Shown: positions 1 through 10,843 of the stretch, in pieces
Layout of the letters: each line of letters opens with the position of its first letter
How positions within the stretch are numbered: the first letter of the stretch is position 1
From: Amoebophrya sp. A120
Lineage: Eukaryota; Protista; Dinoflagellata
Direction: 5' to 3'
DNA: 64,000 nt
Assembly (NCBI GenBank): GCA_905178155.1
Contig: CAJINV010000003.1
Span: 1-64,000 of the forward strand
Position numbers and translations under genes: made by a program
Notes under the pieces: generated by a model
The model's database searches: none
Told to the model about the DNA's origin: nothing
What the model saw: only the letters and a program-made list of their open reading frames with translations

Positions 1-160
1 TTCCGGAAGGGGTCCCAAACCCGGCACCCCAGAAGGCGCAGCAGCACCGGGGCCGGCGGTCGCGACCCGCATCAGGGAAGACCCGGGCTTCCGGAAGGGA
101 TCCCAAACCCGGCACCCCAGAAGGCGGGCCGCAGTGTGTCCCAAACCCGCACCCCAGCGG
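1..160. repeat. GC-rich direct repeat, ~88-bp period, truncated by window start
   Basis: ttccggaaggg(g/a)tcccaaacccggcaccccagaaggcg at 1 and 89, with a partial copy tcccaaacccgcaccccag at ~139. Confidence 0.7.
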
Positions 161-1372
161 CGCTCTGGGCAGGCGCCCGCAGTGTCGCGGCCGTGCGCGC
201 AGCGCCGCTGCGACCGCCGGAAAAGCGAGCGAGGGGAGGCTTGGCACTGGCCACGCTGCCCGCGTTTCTGATGCGATGCGCCGCCAGCATCTCTCCGCCA
301 GGACGACCGGCAGCCCGGTCGCGGGCGCCGCGAATTGGGCCAGCATGTAAACGCCGCGCCCGTCCCCGTTCTTCCCGGCTTCCACCTGCGGCGGGCGCGG
401 TCTTTTACGGGGACGGCCCTTTGCAGCCCAACTCCACGGTGCTCGATGCGACGCGGGGGGCGCGGCCGCGCGTGCCGAGGGCCTCGGCCAGCGCCCGCGC
501 GCGCGGCGTTCTAACTTGCTCGTCGGCGATCCCGAATGTGCCCCCAGGTGCACGGCGCGGCCCACCGAACGGCCCGCCGAACGCAGCTCAGGGTGCTGCG
601 CCCACCGAACGGCCCGCTCGCCCTGCGTGCGCTCGTGACACTTCGCTGGGCGCCGTGGTCCGCTCTCGCCGTGCGCGCCGGGTCCGAGACGGGAGTGCGC
701 AGTGCGGGCAGCTTGCCACATTGCATATGCGCAGTTCGGGCCCGGAAGCGTTGCACATAGCATTTCTGGGCGCTACAGGTCCCGGTCGCCGTTTCGTTTT
801 TTTTTTCACTCGTCTTGTTCCTGCTTGAGCGTGGACATGGTTCGCGAAATAGGGCGCTCAGTGCGAGACATCGTTCGTTTTCGTAAGCAGTCGGCTGTTT
901 TCGGGAAAACAAAAGTAAGTACGCACAAAAGATATGAATGCGCGTCATCGTATAGTTAGTCGGAACGAATAGCAAACGAAATGCAACGTATACACCTGGG
1001 CTCGTGGCGTTGTTCATGGTGCGACTTCAATTTTAGTCGCTAGTAGGATATGCAAGCAGCTTTTCGGACAGCTAAGATGTTATGGCTTGGCTCCTCTTAT
1101 CCGGACTGAAATAGGCTTCGAGACAATTGCGAACTCTCGGGCATAATAGGTAGTTTGCAAATGCAGTATACTTAGTACACCTGTTCAAGATAGCGATAAT
1201 TATTTTTTTCGTTTTGGATTCCAGTCCTCGCAAGGGGCAAACCTGGTTCAACTTCGCAAAAATGAGATGGCTTCGATTCGTGCTCTTGCCGTGAATTCGG
1301 CGCCCGCCCGTCTCTCGATTTTATTACTGTGTCGCGACGGACTGTAGGGGGCTGCAGAAGGTCGACGGATCA

Positions 1373-2005
1373 GTGGCCATTCTTCGCGATAGTTGCAACA
1401 AAATGCCGCCAGCCGAATCTCGTGCAGAAGAAATTGGCACAGCGTCGTCTTCGCGACCCCAATTTCCAGGCGCCAGCAGTAACAACACTGCAGTGCTGCA
1501 CGGCTCGGCCGCGCAGAATAGCGGGTCCATTTTTCCAGGAAATGAGCCGCAAAGGTCGATCTTTAATGCCAACGGACACGCCTTCAAATGGACTCGCAGC
1601 GACAATGAAATTGACCGCGGACTAATCAGTGGAAGCCATGACGAGATGGCGTGTGGTGGCAGCATGTTTTCGGATTGCGAGGATTGCAGCATCGACGAGG
1701 AGAATAGCGAAGGCGACGTCGAACCCGCTCTGCGAAGCGTTGTGCGCTCTGCACCTGATGGAGCTTCGGCACTGGCGATGAACTTTCAGCAGAGATTGTT
1801 ACATGCGGTCCGAGGACTAGACCAGGAACAGCGCCTGAAACCTGAAGAGCTACGCACTCACCTCGAACATCTCGTAGCGATAGCCGACTCGCGCGAGCTG
1901 CTGGTTAATGACAAGCCTTTGTGGGAAGGGTTTGTTGCATGTCAGACACGCGAGGGCGCAGCTGCGTTTCTGGCGAAGAACAATCCGTATTATGTTTATA
2001 TGTAG
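1373..2005 (+). CDS. Hypothetical protein (210-aa ORF; possibly a first exon)
   Basis: ORF with protein-like composition (acidic patch, helical C-terminus) and AT-rich flanks; no recognised motif. Confidence 0.35.
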   Translation: MAILRDSCNKMPPAESRAEEIGTASSSRPQFPGASSNNTAVLHGSAAQNSGSIFPGNEPQRSIFNANGHAFKWTRSDNEIDRGLISGSHDEMACGGSMFSDCEDCSIDEENSEGDVEPALRSVVRSAPDGASALAMNFQQRLLHAVRGLDQEQRLKPEELRTHLEHLVAIADSRELLVNDKPLWEGFVACQTREGAAAFLAKNNPYYVYM

Positions 2006-2737
2006 TGCACTGCAAGCAGTAAAATAATTTACCCTGAGTATCGTTTTCCAACTTTTGTTCTAGGTGTTTAAATTAATATGTAGTCGTAGTAGTAGTAGTA
2101 GTGATTCCCAGCAAGGGGAGAGAGTATGCGCATGCTTTTGATTTGTGGAGTGATTCCCAGTAGTATGCCAAATAATATGCGCATGATTTTGATTTTCACG
2201 CGTGGTTCAGAATTTATCACCTACTTTTTAACGCTGTGGCGCCACATGAATTTACGTTGCATCTGACAGGTTTCGTATCAGTTGGCGGCAATTGGCAACA
2301 ATGCAAGGTTCTGCGCAGGACAAGGGGTTACAGGCAGGGCAATCCGCAGCGAAGCGACAGCGAGTTAATACCCCGAAGGCCCAGGGGCCAGCGAACAAGC
2401 AAGGAGCGCAATCGTCACAGCCAAAAAGATATCCAAATCAAAGACATGTTCTCTAAATCCAATTTTCCATCGACGAGCAGGCATCGTGTCGAACAGTGGT
2501 GAAGGTATTGTGCGTGCGTGCCGAGTAGAAGATGAGGTCAGCATGACAACCAAAATGTTTCTGTATCACGCTACATCGGACACTGCGCATGGGTGTTTGT
2601 GCAGCGCCTGCGCAGGTTTATCTTTTGATGTTACAACGCAAGATGACACATCTCTGACACTGCGAACAAACGCCGCAGACGGTCATGTGCTGATCTGCAA
2701 GGGCGGGAAGGACTGGGTGTAACATGGTTTTTTTCAT

Positions 2738-3708
2738 TTGGAGAAATACATCAAGACAACAGCCATTGCCCACGGGTCCGCCGTCGGAGCAGCCCATCGC
2801 GGAAACGCAAAGGCGACGCACTCTAAGCAGGTGGCCAGCGGGACGAATAGCACGAAGAAAAAAAATGGTAAAAATGAGAAGACAATTTCGAGTAGCGGTA
2901 GCTTGGCGCAGCGAGTCCTATCAATTGCAAATATGTCTGGGTCTGGAAGATTCCTCTGAGACTTGTCACGCATGTTTTGCATGAGCCCTCGTGATGGGTG
3001 TGGTGCATGCCCTGGCGTCACAGATTTTTGAAGGCTTCTTGATGCCTATCCCGCATGACAAATGCCCCCTCCGCGTAACAACAATTAGACTCATTTTGCT
3101 GCCCAGGCAATACCTCGGGTCCAATCCCGCACTGAAGCTTGGCCTAGTCTTCCCGACATCATGCCTCGAGGCATTGGTCGTGAAGGGGATGACTATGGGT
3201 CGAGGGGCAAAAAGGCTCATGCAATACAGATATTTTTTGAATCCAAATGCAGCGTCACAAGTTGCATTCTTCCAGACTCAGACATATTTGCACTTGATAG
3301 GGCCAGCAAAGGAAGAAAAACAATAGTGCTGTTGCCATTAGTGGCGCCGACCCCCCGGTTGCAGTCACGACCACGAACAAGCGACCGGCCGAGACGGACC
3401 TAGAGGATATGGACGGCCCTACGGGAAAAGTCAACGAGTTGGCCAGCGGACTTTTGCAAAAGATCCGAATCTCGATGGGGTATGTTATTTCACGGGAATA
3501 CGTCGCTCAAATTGACAGATTCGAGCACCTTTTCGCGAAGACAGAGCAACACGACCTTGCGGATTCGAGCTTCCAAGGCACAAGCGCGCCACTGTTCCTC
3601 ACCAACGGCAATGAGGAAGCCTTCGGCATCCATCGCACCAAACGCATCGGCGACGACATCGAAGCACTTTACTCGCTGTACAAAATCGTGCTGAATTATG
3701 CCCGGTAA
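2738..3708 (+). CDS. Exons of a hypothetical protein, possibly the N-terminal part of the downstream kinase gene
   Basis: Removing element 2919-3299 plus 5 nt joins ORF 2738 (..SLAQRV) in frame to QQRKKNNSAV..EDMDGPTGK (ORF 3409); possible GT donor at ~3705. Confidence 0.5.
2919..3299. mobile_element. Introner family A (TIR TATnnnTGCAAATATGTCTGGGTCTGGA) with ~115-bp extra internal segment
   Basis: tatcaattgcaaatatgtctgggtctggaag ... cttccagactcagacatatttgcacttgata; degenerate flanks agtcc/gggcc. Confidence 0.85.
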
Positions 3709-4514
3709 AGCACATTGTCCAAAATCATTTTCATACGAAACGCAGGAGCGTAGGCGGAAAGAGTGCATAATCATTCTAGCGCAACATGGTGTTCGCTCCG
3801 CATGAGGTAGAGGCACCAGACTTTCATACAACCGAAAAAGGAAGAGCAAGAGATCGACTTGGGTTTTCCATGTACACTTCTGCGAAAAGGTTAAGGTTTG
3901 GGGATGATTTGGAACATGCATATGCTAGCTGTTACCAATCAAGACTTAGCGGAATGCGAGCTCTACCGTGCCGCGTTTATGGTGCAACCGTTTCTGCGTT
4001 TTATCTTACGATAGTAAAGTGAAGTAGTTATGGCCCTCGAAAAACTGGTCTACCAGATTGGAAAATGCATTGATTTGCATTGCATGTCCGACCGCATCGT
4101 GCGCGGGACCTGAAGTTTTAAGATCATTGAACCGGTACAGATTGATTGGTGACCAGTCTCAACAACTGTAGAGGCCTTTCTCTCTCGTTCGAACTATTGG
4201 CCATTGCAACCTTCTCGTCTGAATACGTTCGTGATGAACACTACGAGCCAACACTCTTTGTGGGGGATTCGCGAAGGTGCGCTATCTGCGGGCAATGGCG
4301 CTCTAAGACGGAGGAGATCAACGGGTATTTTTGGCTTTTCGAAAAATAAAGTTTTTAAGCAAAGAACATTTTTTGGCTACGTCGCCGCTTTTTACCTCCG
4401 CGCAAGCATGTCTCGGACAGCACGGCTGACAACCCTGCACCCCAGAATTTCTAAGTATGGTAGCTGCAATGTACTTATATACAGCTGTGGAAAAAAATTC
4501 GAAAAAGGTATAGA

Positions 4515-6113
4515 GTGTGTCCCTACGCTCCTGGCTGCGGATCATGTCATTTTCTCGCGGAGAAGCTCCGAGAAAGGACGGAAGCAAGGCAAGTTGGGAG
4601 AAACCCTACGTCGACAAAGCGCGGAACCCAGGACCTCATTCTTGAAACGGAGGTGAACGTGAAACCATGCCGGCAGGTCCATGTGCTCATTGTGACGACC
4701 AAGAAACGGAGAAACGTGCGCTACGTGGCCAAGGGATACATCGTCCAAGAGAGCGGGCGCGACACGGTCGTCTTGTCCGGGAAGGATGCGCGCGACGGCT
4801 TGTTGTCGAGCGAGCAGCAGAAGGCGGGGACGAAGCAAGCCGGCCCCCTGTCCGCTGCAGCGCCTGGCGACACAAAACAGTGCGGCGAGGGGAAAGGAGC
4901 AAGTTCGAGTGAGAAAGACACGAGGACCGGGAGCATGAAAGTGCAAGGTGATGGTGCACCGCAGGCGAATCCCGGAAATGCGCCCCTTGCTGGCCTCGAC
5001 GGGCAGGGCGTCTTTGTCGACGGTAAGAACCAGCAGAAAAAAAGGCCGATCCAGGTTAACGAGGACGAAGAGGCTGCACTGTTGCAACACGAAGCCCAAA
5101 TGTTGCACGACCTGAACAAGGATGACGACAGCGCCCTCGTTGTAGCACTCGCTTACAAGCAAGCGCACCACAGGGACCGGGACGGCGAGCGAGTGCAGGG
5201 AGTGACGGCGAACGAACGCCTCGCGTCATTCCGGATTAACGGCAAGCTGTACACAGGGCTGTTGATGGAACACGCAGGCGAAACGATCGAAAAATATGTG
5301 CTGAACCACCAGGAGGATGAGTTCGGGTTCGAGAAGCTCGCGCCCATTCTGTTGGCGATAGGGCGCGCAGTGAAACACGTCTGGAAAAATGGTGTAGTCC
5401 ATAATGACTTTCGTCAGCCGAACGCCTGCTATGACGAAAAGGACAAAGTGACCATCATTGACTTGGAACACTCGAAGCGAATCGTCAACATCACCCAAAC
5501 CGACGACGCTGCGTTTTTCCGGCGTGTTTTTTGTGGAGGAGCGGCGCCCGTGCTGTACTCAAAGGCGCTCTGCACAACGGCAGTCCCGCGAGCACTACCG
5601 TACACGAAAAAATCCGCTCAAACCATCCCAGTCACCTTTCCCTATGTCAGCCCCAGCCTCTGTTTTGCTTTCAGCAAACTTGGCACAGGCGGCATCACAG
5701 TCGATCTGTTCCACCAAGATCTTTACCAGTTCGCCATCATGCTGTACAACGTCACTAAAGGTTTGTGGCGTGACGTATCCGATGCGTCCGCGGGGAACGC
5801 ATGTGGCCGCTTCTGCGCTGCCTTACCGCACGTTAGCGAGTGCCTCGTCGGTCCCAGCTCTGGCGAACAGCCCTTGTCGCCCCAGGAGAAGTGCAAGCAG
5901 CTGCTTCACCGCTTTCAAACGGACATGCAGAGCGTACGCGATGCCCTGTGTCCACTTGTAGCGGGTGCGCTAGGCGAGGATGCGGCGGAATATTTACGAA
6001 CCCAAGTCCTTGTGGATCCGGAGCTGGCTTTCATAGCACAGCAGCCACCTGCGCTCCTAGTCCGACCGGAGAGACTGAACGACGATCGGTTAGCGCCGCT
6101 TGAGGTGCCATAG
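4515..6113 (+). CDS. Divergent protein kinase-like domain protein (probably 3' exon of a larger gene)
   Basis: YVAK (subdomain II-like), LLMEHAG (hinge), VVHNDFRQPN (catalytic loop HxDxxxxN), IIDLEHS (DFG equivalent), DLYQFAIMLY (subdomain IX). True start uncertain. Confidence 0.7.
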   Translation: MCPYAPGCGSCHFLAEKLRERTEARQVGRNPTSTKRGTQDLILETEVNVKPCRQVHVLIVTTKKRRNVRYVAKGYIVQESGRDTVVLSGKDARDGLLSSEQQKAGTKQAGPLSAAAPGDTKQCGEGKGASSSEKDTRTGSMKVQGDGAPQANPGNAPLAGLDGQGVFVDGKNQQKKRPIQVNEDEEAALLQHEAQMLHDLNKDDDSALVVALAYKQAHHRDRDGERVQGVTANERLASFRINGKLYTGLLMEHAGETIEKYVLNHQEDEFGFEKLAPILLAIGRAVKHVWKNGVVHNDFRQPNACYDEKDKVTIIDLEHSKRIVNITQTDDAAFFRRVFCGGAAPVLYSKALCTTAVPRALPYTKKSAQTIPVTFPYVSPSLCFAFSKLGTGGITVDLFHQDLYQFAIMLYNVTKGLWRDVSDASAGNACGRFCAALPHVSECLVGPSSGEQPLSPQEKCKQLLHRFQTDMQSVRDALCPLVAGALGEDAAEYLRTQVLVDPELAFIAQQPPALLVRPERLNDDRLAPLEVP

Positions 6114-6774
6114 GCACGGGCTGTTGTTTTATGTTGCAAAATGCAAGTTCAGTATGCTTCGCTTATTGTACTCGGAATTTTTTGCTTTCCTGTTATATTG
6201 ATTTCTTGCTGAGGAATTACGAATATGACCGACCGGACCCGCAGAATCTGAAAAAATACACACATGGCAGAAATAGTGTTTACCTCGAGGTCTTCGAAGA
6301 TGATACGTCCCTCCCTCTCTGTCGCATACAATGTGATTAGTGCGGAGCTGGAAAATGCGAACGACCTTCCGTGTCCAACGGTCAACACAGATGTTTAAGA
6401 GCACTTCAGCGCAACCAACCACAAACCAACATATCTACTTGTACTCAGCATCGTTATTGGGTGTCATGCTGCTACTGGAGTAGAAGTAGGGTATGAATAT
6501 GAAAGATAATACTGCCGTGACCACATCAATGTGATGAAAAATGGATTGGTCAGACAGTGACGACTGTTCCCGATTCATTGTCATGGTCGGCGTGGACCGG
6601 CAGCTTTGCCTGCCCGGAAATGCAGTGGCTTCAGAAGTAGTTGTGCTTGTGCTGCAAAATTTAATTGATTCTTTTTGGTGAGCCATTACGTTTTTTGTTT
6701 ATGTTTTTGAAAGAGCGAGCAAATGCGTGTGCGTTATCTGTTTCTACGTCTCTCCGTTATTCCATTTTGTGTGA

Positions 6775-7066
6775 TTCTCACAAAAGAATCAGTCGTCGGT
6801 GGGAAAGGGGTGCGAATACATACACGTAACACAGCCGGATTGCATTGATTGATGTATTGCCAAAAGTCGGTTCTCACAAAAGAATCAGTCGTCGGTGGGA
6901 AAACAAGGGGTGCGAATACATACGCGTAACACAGCCGGATTGCATTGATTGATGTATTCTCAAAAGTCGGTTCTCACAAAAGAATCAGTCGTCGGTGGGA
7001 AAGGGGTGCGAATACATACTCGTAACACAGCCGGATTGCATTGATTGATGTATTCCCAAAAGTCGG
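6775..7066. repeat. Tandem repeat, 3 x 96-100 bp
   Basis: Units begin ttctcacaaaagaatcagtcgtcggtggga at 6775, 6871 and 6971 and are nearly identical throughout; no unique spacers. Confidence 0.95.
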
Positions 7067-7331
7067 GTCTTTTGTTTTTGAGAATTGTGCTTTCCTCTTT
7101 TTCGCGAAAAAACTGTTTATACGACTAAAGAACTGCGAAAAAACGAGGACGACGAGCCAAGACCATTCCACTTTCCTATCTGAAAATGTCGATGCGCTAT
7201 GTCGCTGTCTTTAGTGTGTGATTTGTATATTTTTCACAAAAAAACTGTTTTGCACCACAAAAGAACTCACAGACTCTTAATTTTTCTGCACAACTCAACG
7301 TGATAGCACAGCACTACCTGCAATTAGAATC

Positions 7332-8918
7332 ATGGGCGCCGCAAAATCTCGTCTGAGAAAAAGGAAGACAGATGCGGTTGCAGCGCCGTCGCCATGTCCA
7401 ACGCTGCCCAGCGCGACGAAGCGCGAGCGGTATGCGGCGTTAACTGCTCTCCCGCTACTTCCTACACCACTGCGACGAATATCAAGTTTCCTCTCACCTT
7501 TGAAGCGCCGACAAGAGGAAATAGAACAAAAAATCATCGAGCGCAAGAAGCAGGCGCTGGTGCACGAGCTCGCATTGGCCGACGGGGTTTTCGACAATAT
7601 GGAGGAGCTCGCCTTCGCCGGTGATATCCTGAGTAAAAACGTCCCCACACCATAGTCAAGATGGGGAATCGGCTACACAAATCCACAAGTTTTGGCTGTT
7701 TTGCATGACAAATTTGGATTCGTAGTGTAGTGCTGTTTGAGCTAGCTCAGCAGCATTACAGATCTAGCATACCATGCTGATTGGAGCATGACAAATTGCA
7801 AAACACGACTGGAAAATGCTTCTCATGGGGCTCCGCATGAGAAACATTTTCAGCAGGCAGATTTGCATTACAACTATAGGGTTGCGAAAAGTTGGTTAGC
7901 GGCCGGGAGATGATGGTGATGGCACTTCTGTGTCCGCCTGACCTACCCCCCCTGCGTGTCAAGCCATCTGCGGCCTGGGGCAGAGGGGGGGGCAAAGTGT
8001 GCTGCAATTCCTTTAGCATTACAACTATGGGGTGGGGACGTTTTTAAATAGGATAGGCGATCCCGATAGTCTTACCGGAGAGCAGCGCGCCATGGACCTT
8101 TTGTGCGTAGAAGAATGGGGGCAGCGCCTGGACAACTGCCGCTATCGAGTGCAAATATGTGTGGATCTGGAAGATTGTCGTGTCTATTTGCATGACCCCG
8201 GAACCTGATGCCTCACTGCATGACCTAGCATCACAGATTTCTAGAGTGCTTTGCCTTTTCTGCGCGAGAAGTGCGCTGGTCGCGTAAGTAACGCAAACTG
8301 GACTCCTCCTGATGGTCATGCAACACAAATTTTTTCAGAATCCAGAGACAGCATCACAAGTTGGAAGCTTTCAGACCCAGACATATTTGCAATGCAGACA
8401 AATCTTAAGCTACACGGCACCAGCGCGAAATCGGCCGCGGATCTTCTGAAGGAGGAATTTCACTTTAACCCGAGATATGCCTATTATCAAATGCAAATAT
8501 GTCTGGGTCTGGGAGATTCCGGGATTTGTCATGCTAGTCTGGCATGACTCTGAGCCCTCTACTGCGTGGCCGCGAATAGCTCCTGCTCCCTTTCATGCAA
8601 AAACGCAGCTTCTCATGCAGAGTACGCAACTCAGAACCATGAAAAAAAACTTGCCATGCTTGGCAGCGCATTGCAGTGAGCTCACTATTCCCTTCCTTGC
8701 ATCACAAGTTTCCAGACCCAGACCTTTTTGCATTTGATACCTACCCAAAAATAGCAAGACTACTGCCGAAGGGTATCCGCGGCCACTTTGAAATTTGTCA
8801 CGCCCAGTATGAAGGTACGACCCCCCCCCACAAAATGGCCACGCTTGGCCATTTACTTTTTTGGTTCCGAAAGGGGTATCGCGCTTTTACTTTGCCCAAA
8901 GCCAAGCAGTGCTCTTGA
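7332..8918 (+). CDS. Hypothetical protein interrupted by three introners
   Basis: Removing 7625-8055, 8143-8398 and 8485-8739 (each plus 5 nt) gives one frame MGAAKSRLRK..FAGDPDSLTGEQ..DNCRLKLHG..PRYAYPKIARLL..; 3' end uncertain. Confidence 0.55.
7625..8055. mobile_element. Introner family C (TIR TATCCTGAGnAAAAACGTCCCCAC) with nested insertion
   Basis: tatcctgagtaaaaacgtccccacacc ... ggggtggggacgtttttaaataggata; flanks ggtga/ggcga. Confidence 0.85.
8143..8398. mobile_element. Introner family A, degenerate
   Basis: tatcgagtgcaaatatgtgtggatctgg ... tcagacccagacatatttgcaatgcaga; flanking 5-mers no longer match (gccgc/caaat). Confidence 0.75.
8485..8739. mobile_element. Introner family A
   Basis: TIRs intact; flanks cctat/cctac. 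Confidence 0.88.
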
Positions 8919-10189
8919 ATGCTGGTTCATATGGGCCGGGGGCTCTTGAATGCTGGCCACAAGAAGGAGTCACATCCATGATTACTTGTTACTTATTAGC
9001 ATTACAAATTTGGGCAATAGCCACAGCTAGGGCGACAACAGCTGCAGGCGGAGCACTACGCAAGATGCTGGGCATTTGTAGTGCCTGTTGGAGGAGTTTC
9101 ACAGCAGTGGTATCGTCTGTGAATGCTGCAATAAGTGGCAAGCGGGGAAGATGGTTCAACGCCTTCATACAAGGCATACGCAACCAAGCGAAGCCACCAC
9201 GCTCGTGCCATGCTCTCCAATACGGTTGGAAATGATTTACTGAGAGGGCGCGCGCACCCTCTGTGTATAGGCTATTTGCTTCCAAAATTTCCGGCGCATG
9301 TTCGTCAAGCGTCGGCCTTTCGCGTCACCAAATCAGCGACAAATTAGCGAGCTCAGAAATGTGGTAAAGGATGGGCAGGCTTTGGCAGCTAATTCCCATG
9401 CTAGAGGCCCACCATCCCTCGTGGGGGGGGGGGGGCGCGTTTTTTTTTTTTTTTGTGTGGGGATTGCCCCATAGCATGGGGGTTACTTGGTGTAAGTTAC
9501 TGCATTTTTAGCCTGGCAAATCGGGCCTGTCGCATGCAGTCTGGCTCAAAGGAAATGAGCCAAAAGGGGCCGCTCCTCCTGATCCAGTTCTCTTACCTTT
9601 TGTCCGCGAAGTCGGCAACTTTTTCATCTCGAAATGTGCAAATCTCAAAAAAGCAAAAGGAGTGGCCATGTTTTGAAGGCTAACCCCGACGTAATGGGCC
9701 TGCTTGCTTCCTCTTATGAGGGTGAGTACTCCTGTCGGGGATTGAGTCCTTGGCATGTAGATTAGCGATGGAGACGTGCTGCCGAGAGCCTTTTTTGCCG
9801 GCGGGGCTGGATGGCTATTTGAGCCCCCAGTCCCGATTTTATGATGCCGATCCAGGTGTTCCGAAAGACCTCCCAGGTGGTGTCGCTGTTAGTTCTCGTT
9901 CTGCCTCGTCACTTTTGGGCCATAGCTGGCCACGTTTCACAGGCAAAACACCATTTCAGATGGTCACTCCCCCTCACGAGTGGGGCTGCCTTTTCCGCCT
10001 GGCTAGTTCCGCCCCCGGGGACCTTTCTTCGCACAAAACGCAACGTAATAGATGCTGCTGATTTAAACTCTTAACAGGCCCGGACAATAAAGCGCGCTAC
10101 TTGGTAACATAAAAGCCCATGCTTTGCCAACCAAATAAGTATCGAAGCGAGGTCATTTGGAGGGGGGGATGTACTCTCTCATACGCACG

Positions 10190-10531
10190 AAGATACATTT
10201 ATGGAACTCTCAGGATCGAAATCGTCAAAGCCGAAACGGTTGGCCATGCATAAAATGGATGCCATTTGCAACCCAGTTGCCAAGCAGCGCATGACAAGTT
10301 TGGGTAGAGCCGAGATCCAGCCTGTGTCTGGCTTGCTGTTTAGGTAAGGAATACGTCTTTTGTCATGCAACTTTAGCAGCCCCAATTCTACCCCTCAACA
10401 GCCTTACAATCTTCCTACCTTGCTTACTCTGCAAGACAGGCACTTGGTGGGTTGCATTTTATGCATAGCAAATCATTTCAACTTTACCGATTTCGATCCT
10501 GACACACCCATAACGTTCTTTGTTCCTGACA
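10190..10531. mobile_element. Degenerate long-TIR element (candidate additional introner/MITE family)
   Basis: Left arm ttatggaactctcaggatcgaaatcgtcaaagccgaaacggttggccatgcataaaatg is an imperfect reverse complement of cattttatgcatagcaaatcatttcaactttaccgatttcgatcctgacacacccataa (~10455-10513); ends and direct repeat unclear. Confidence 0.55.
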
Positions 10532-10582
10532 CTCCGCGGCTACGGCGCGCTGTCAAGAAGGCCATTACGGTGGCTGGGTCCC

Positions 10583-10843
10583 TATGCGGTGCAGTTGTGT
10601 CGGGGTCTGGAAGGGTGCAACTTGTGGTGCTGTCTTTGGATTCTAGTAAAATTTGTCTTGCGTGATCAGGAAGACGGGCCCGGCTGGTGCTATGCGGAGA
10701 GAGCGTGTCTCATGCGGGATAGGCATCAAGGAGGCCGCAGGAAATCTGTGGTGCTAGAGCGTACAGCACAGATATCATGGATGATGCAAATTGTGCATGA
10801 CAGACTTGGGCTCTTCCACACCCAGACATAGTCGCCGTTGATA
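10583..10843. mobile_element. Introner family A, degenerate
   Basis: tatgcggtgcagttgtgtcggggtctggaag ... cttccacacccagacatagtcgccgttgata; 261 bp like other A copies. Confidence 0.7.

Noticed and set aside
72-1017. Overlapping Arg/Ala/Pro-rich ORFs
   Set aside because: Expected by chance in very GC-rich, repetitive DNA; no motif.
6775-7066. Possible CRISPR array
   Set aside because: Units are ~96-100 bp and near-identical along their whole length, with no unique spacers and no cas genes; context is eukaryotic.
8774-8900. Additional introner starting at tatccgcggcc
   Set aside because: No matching right TIR or 5-bp repeat; the sequence reads through as coding frame.
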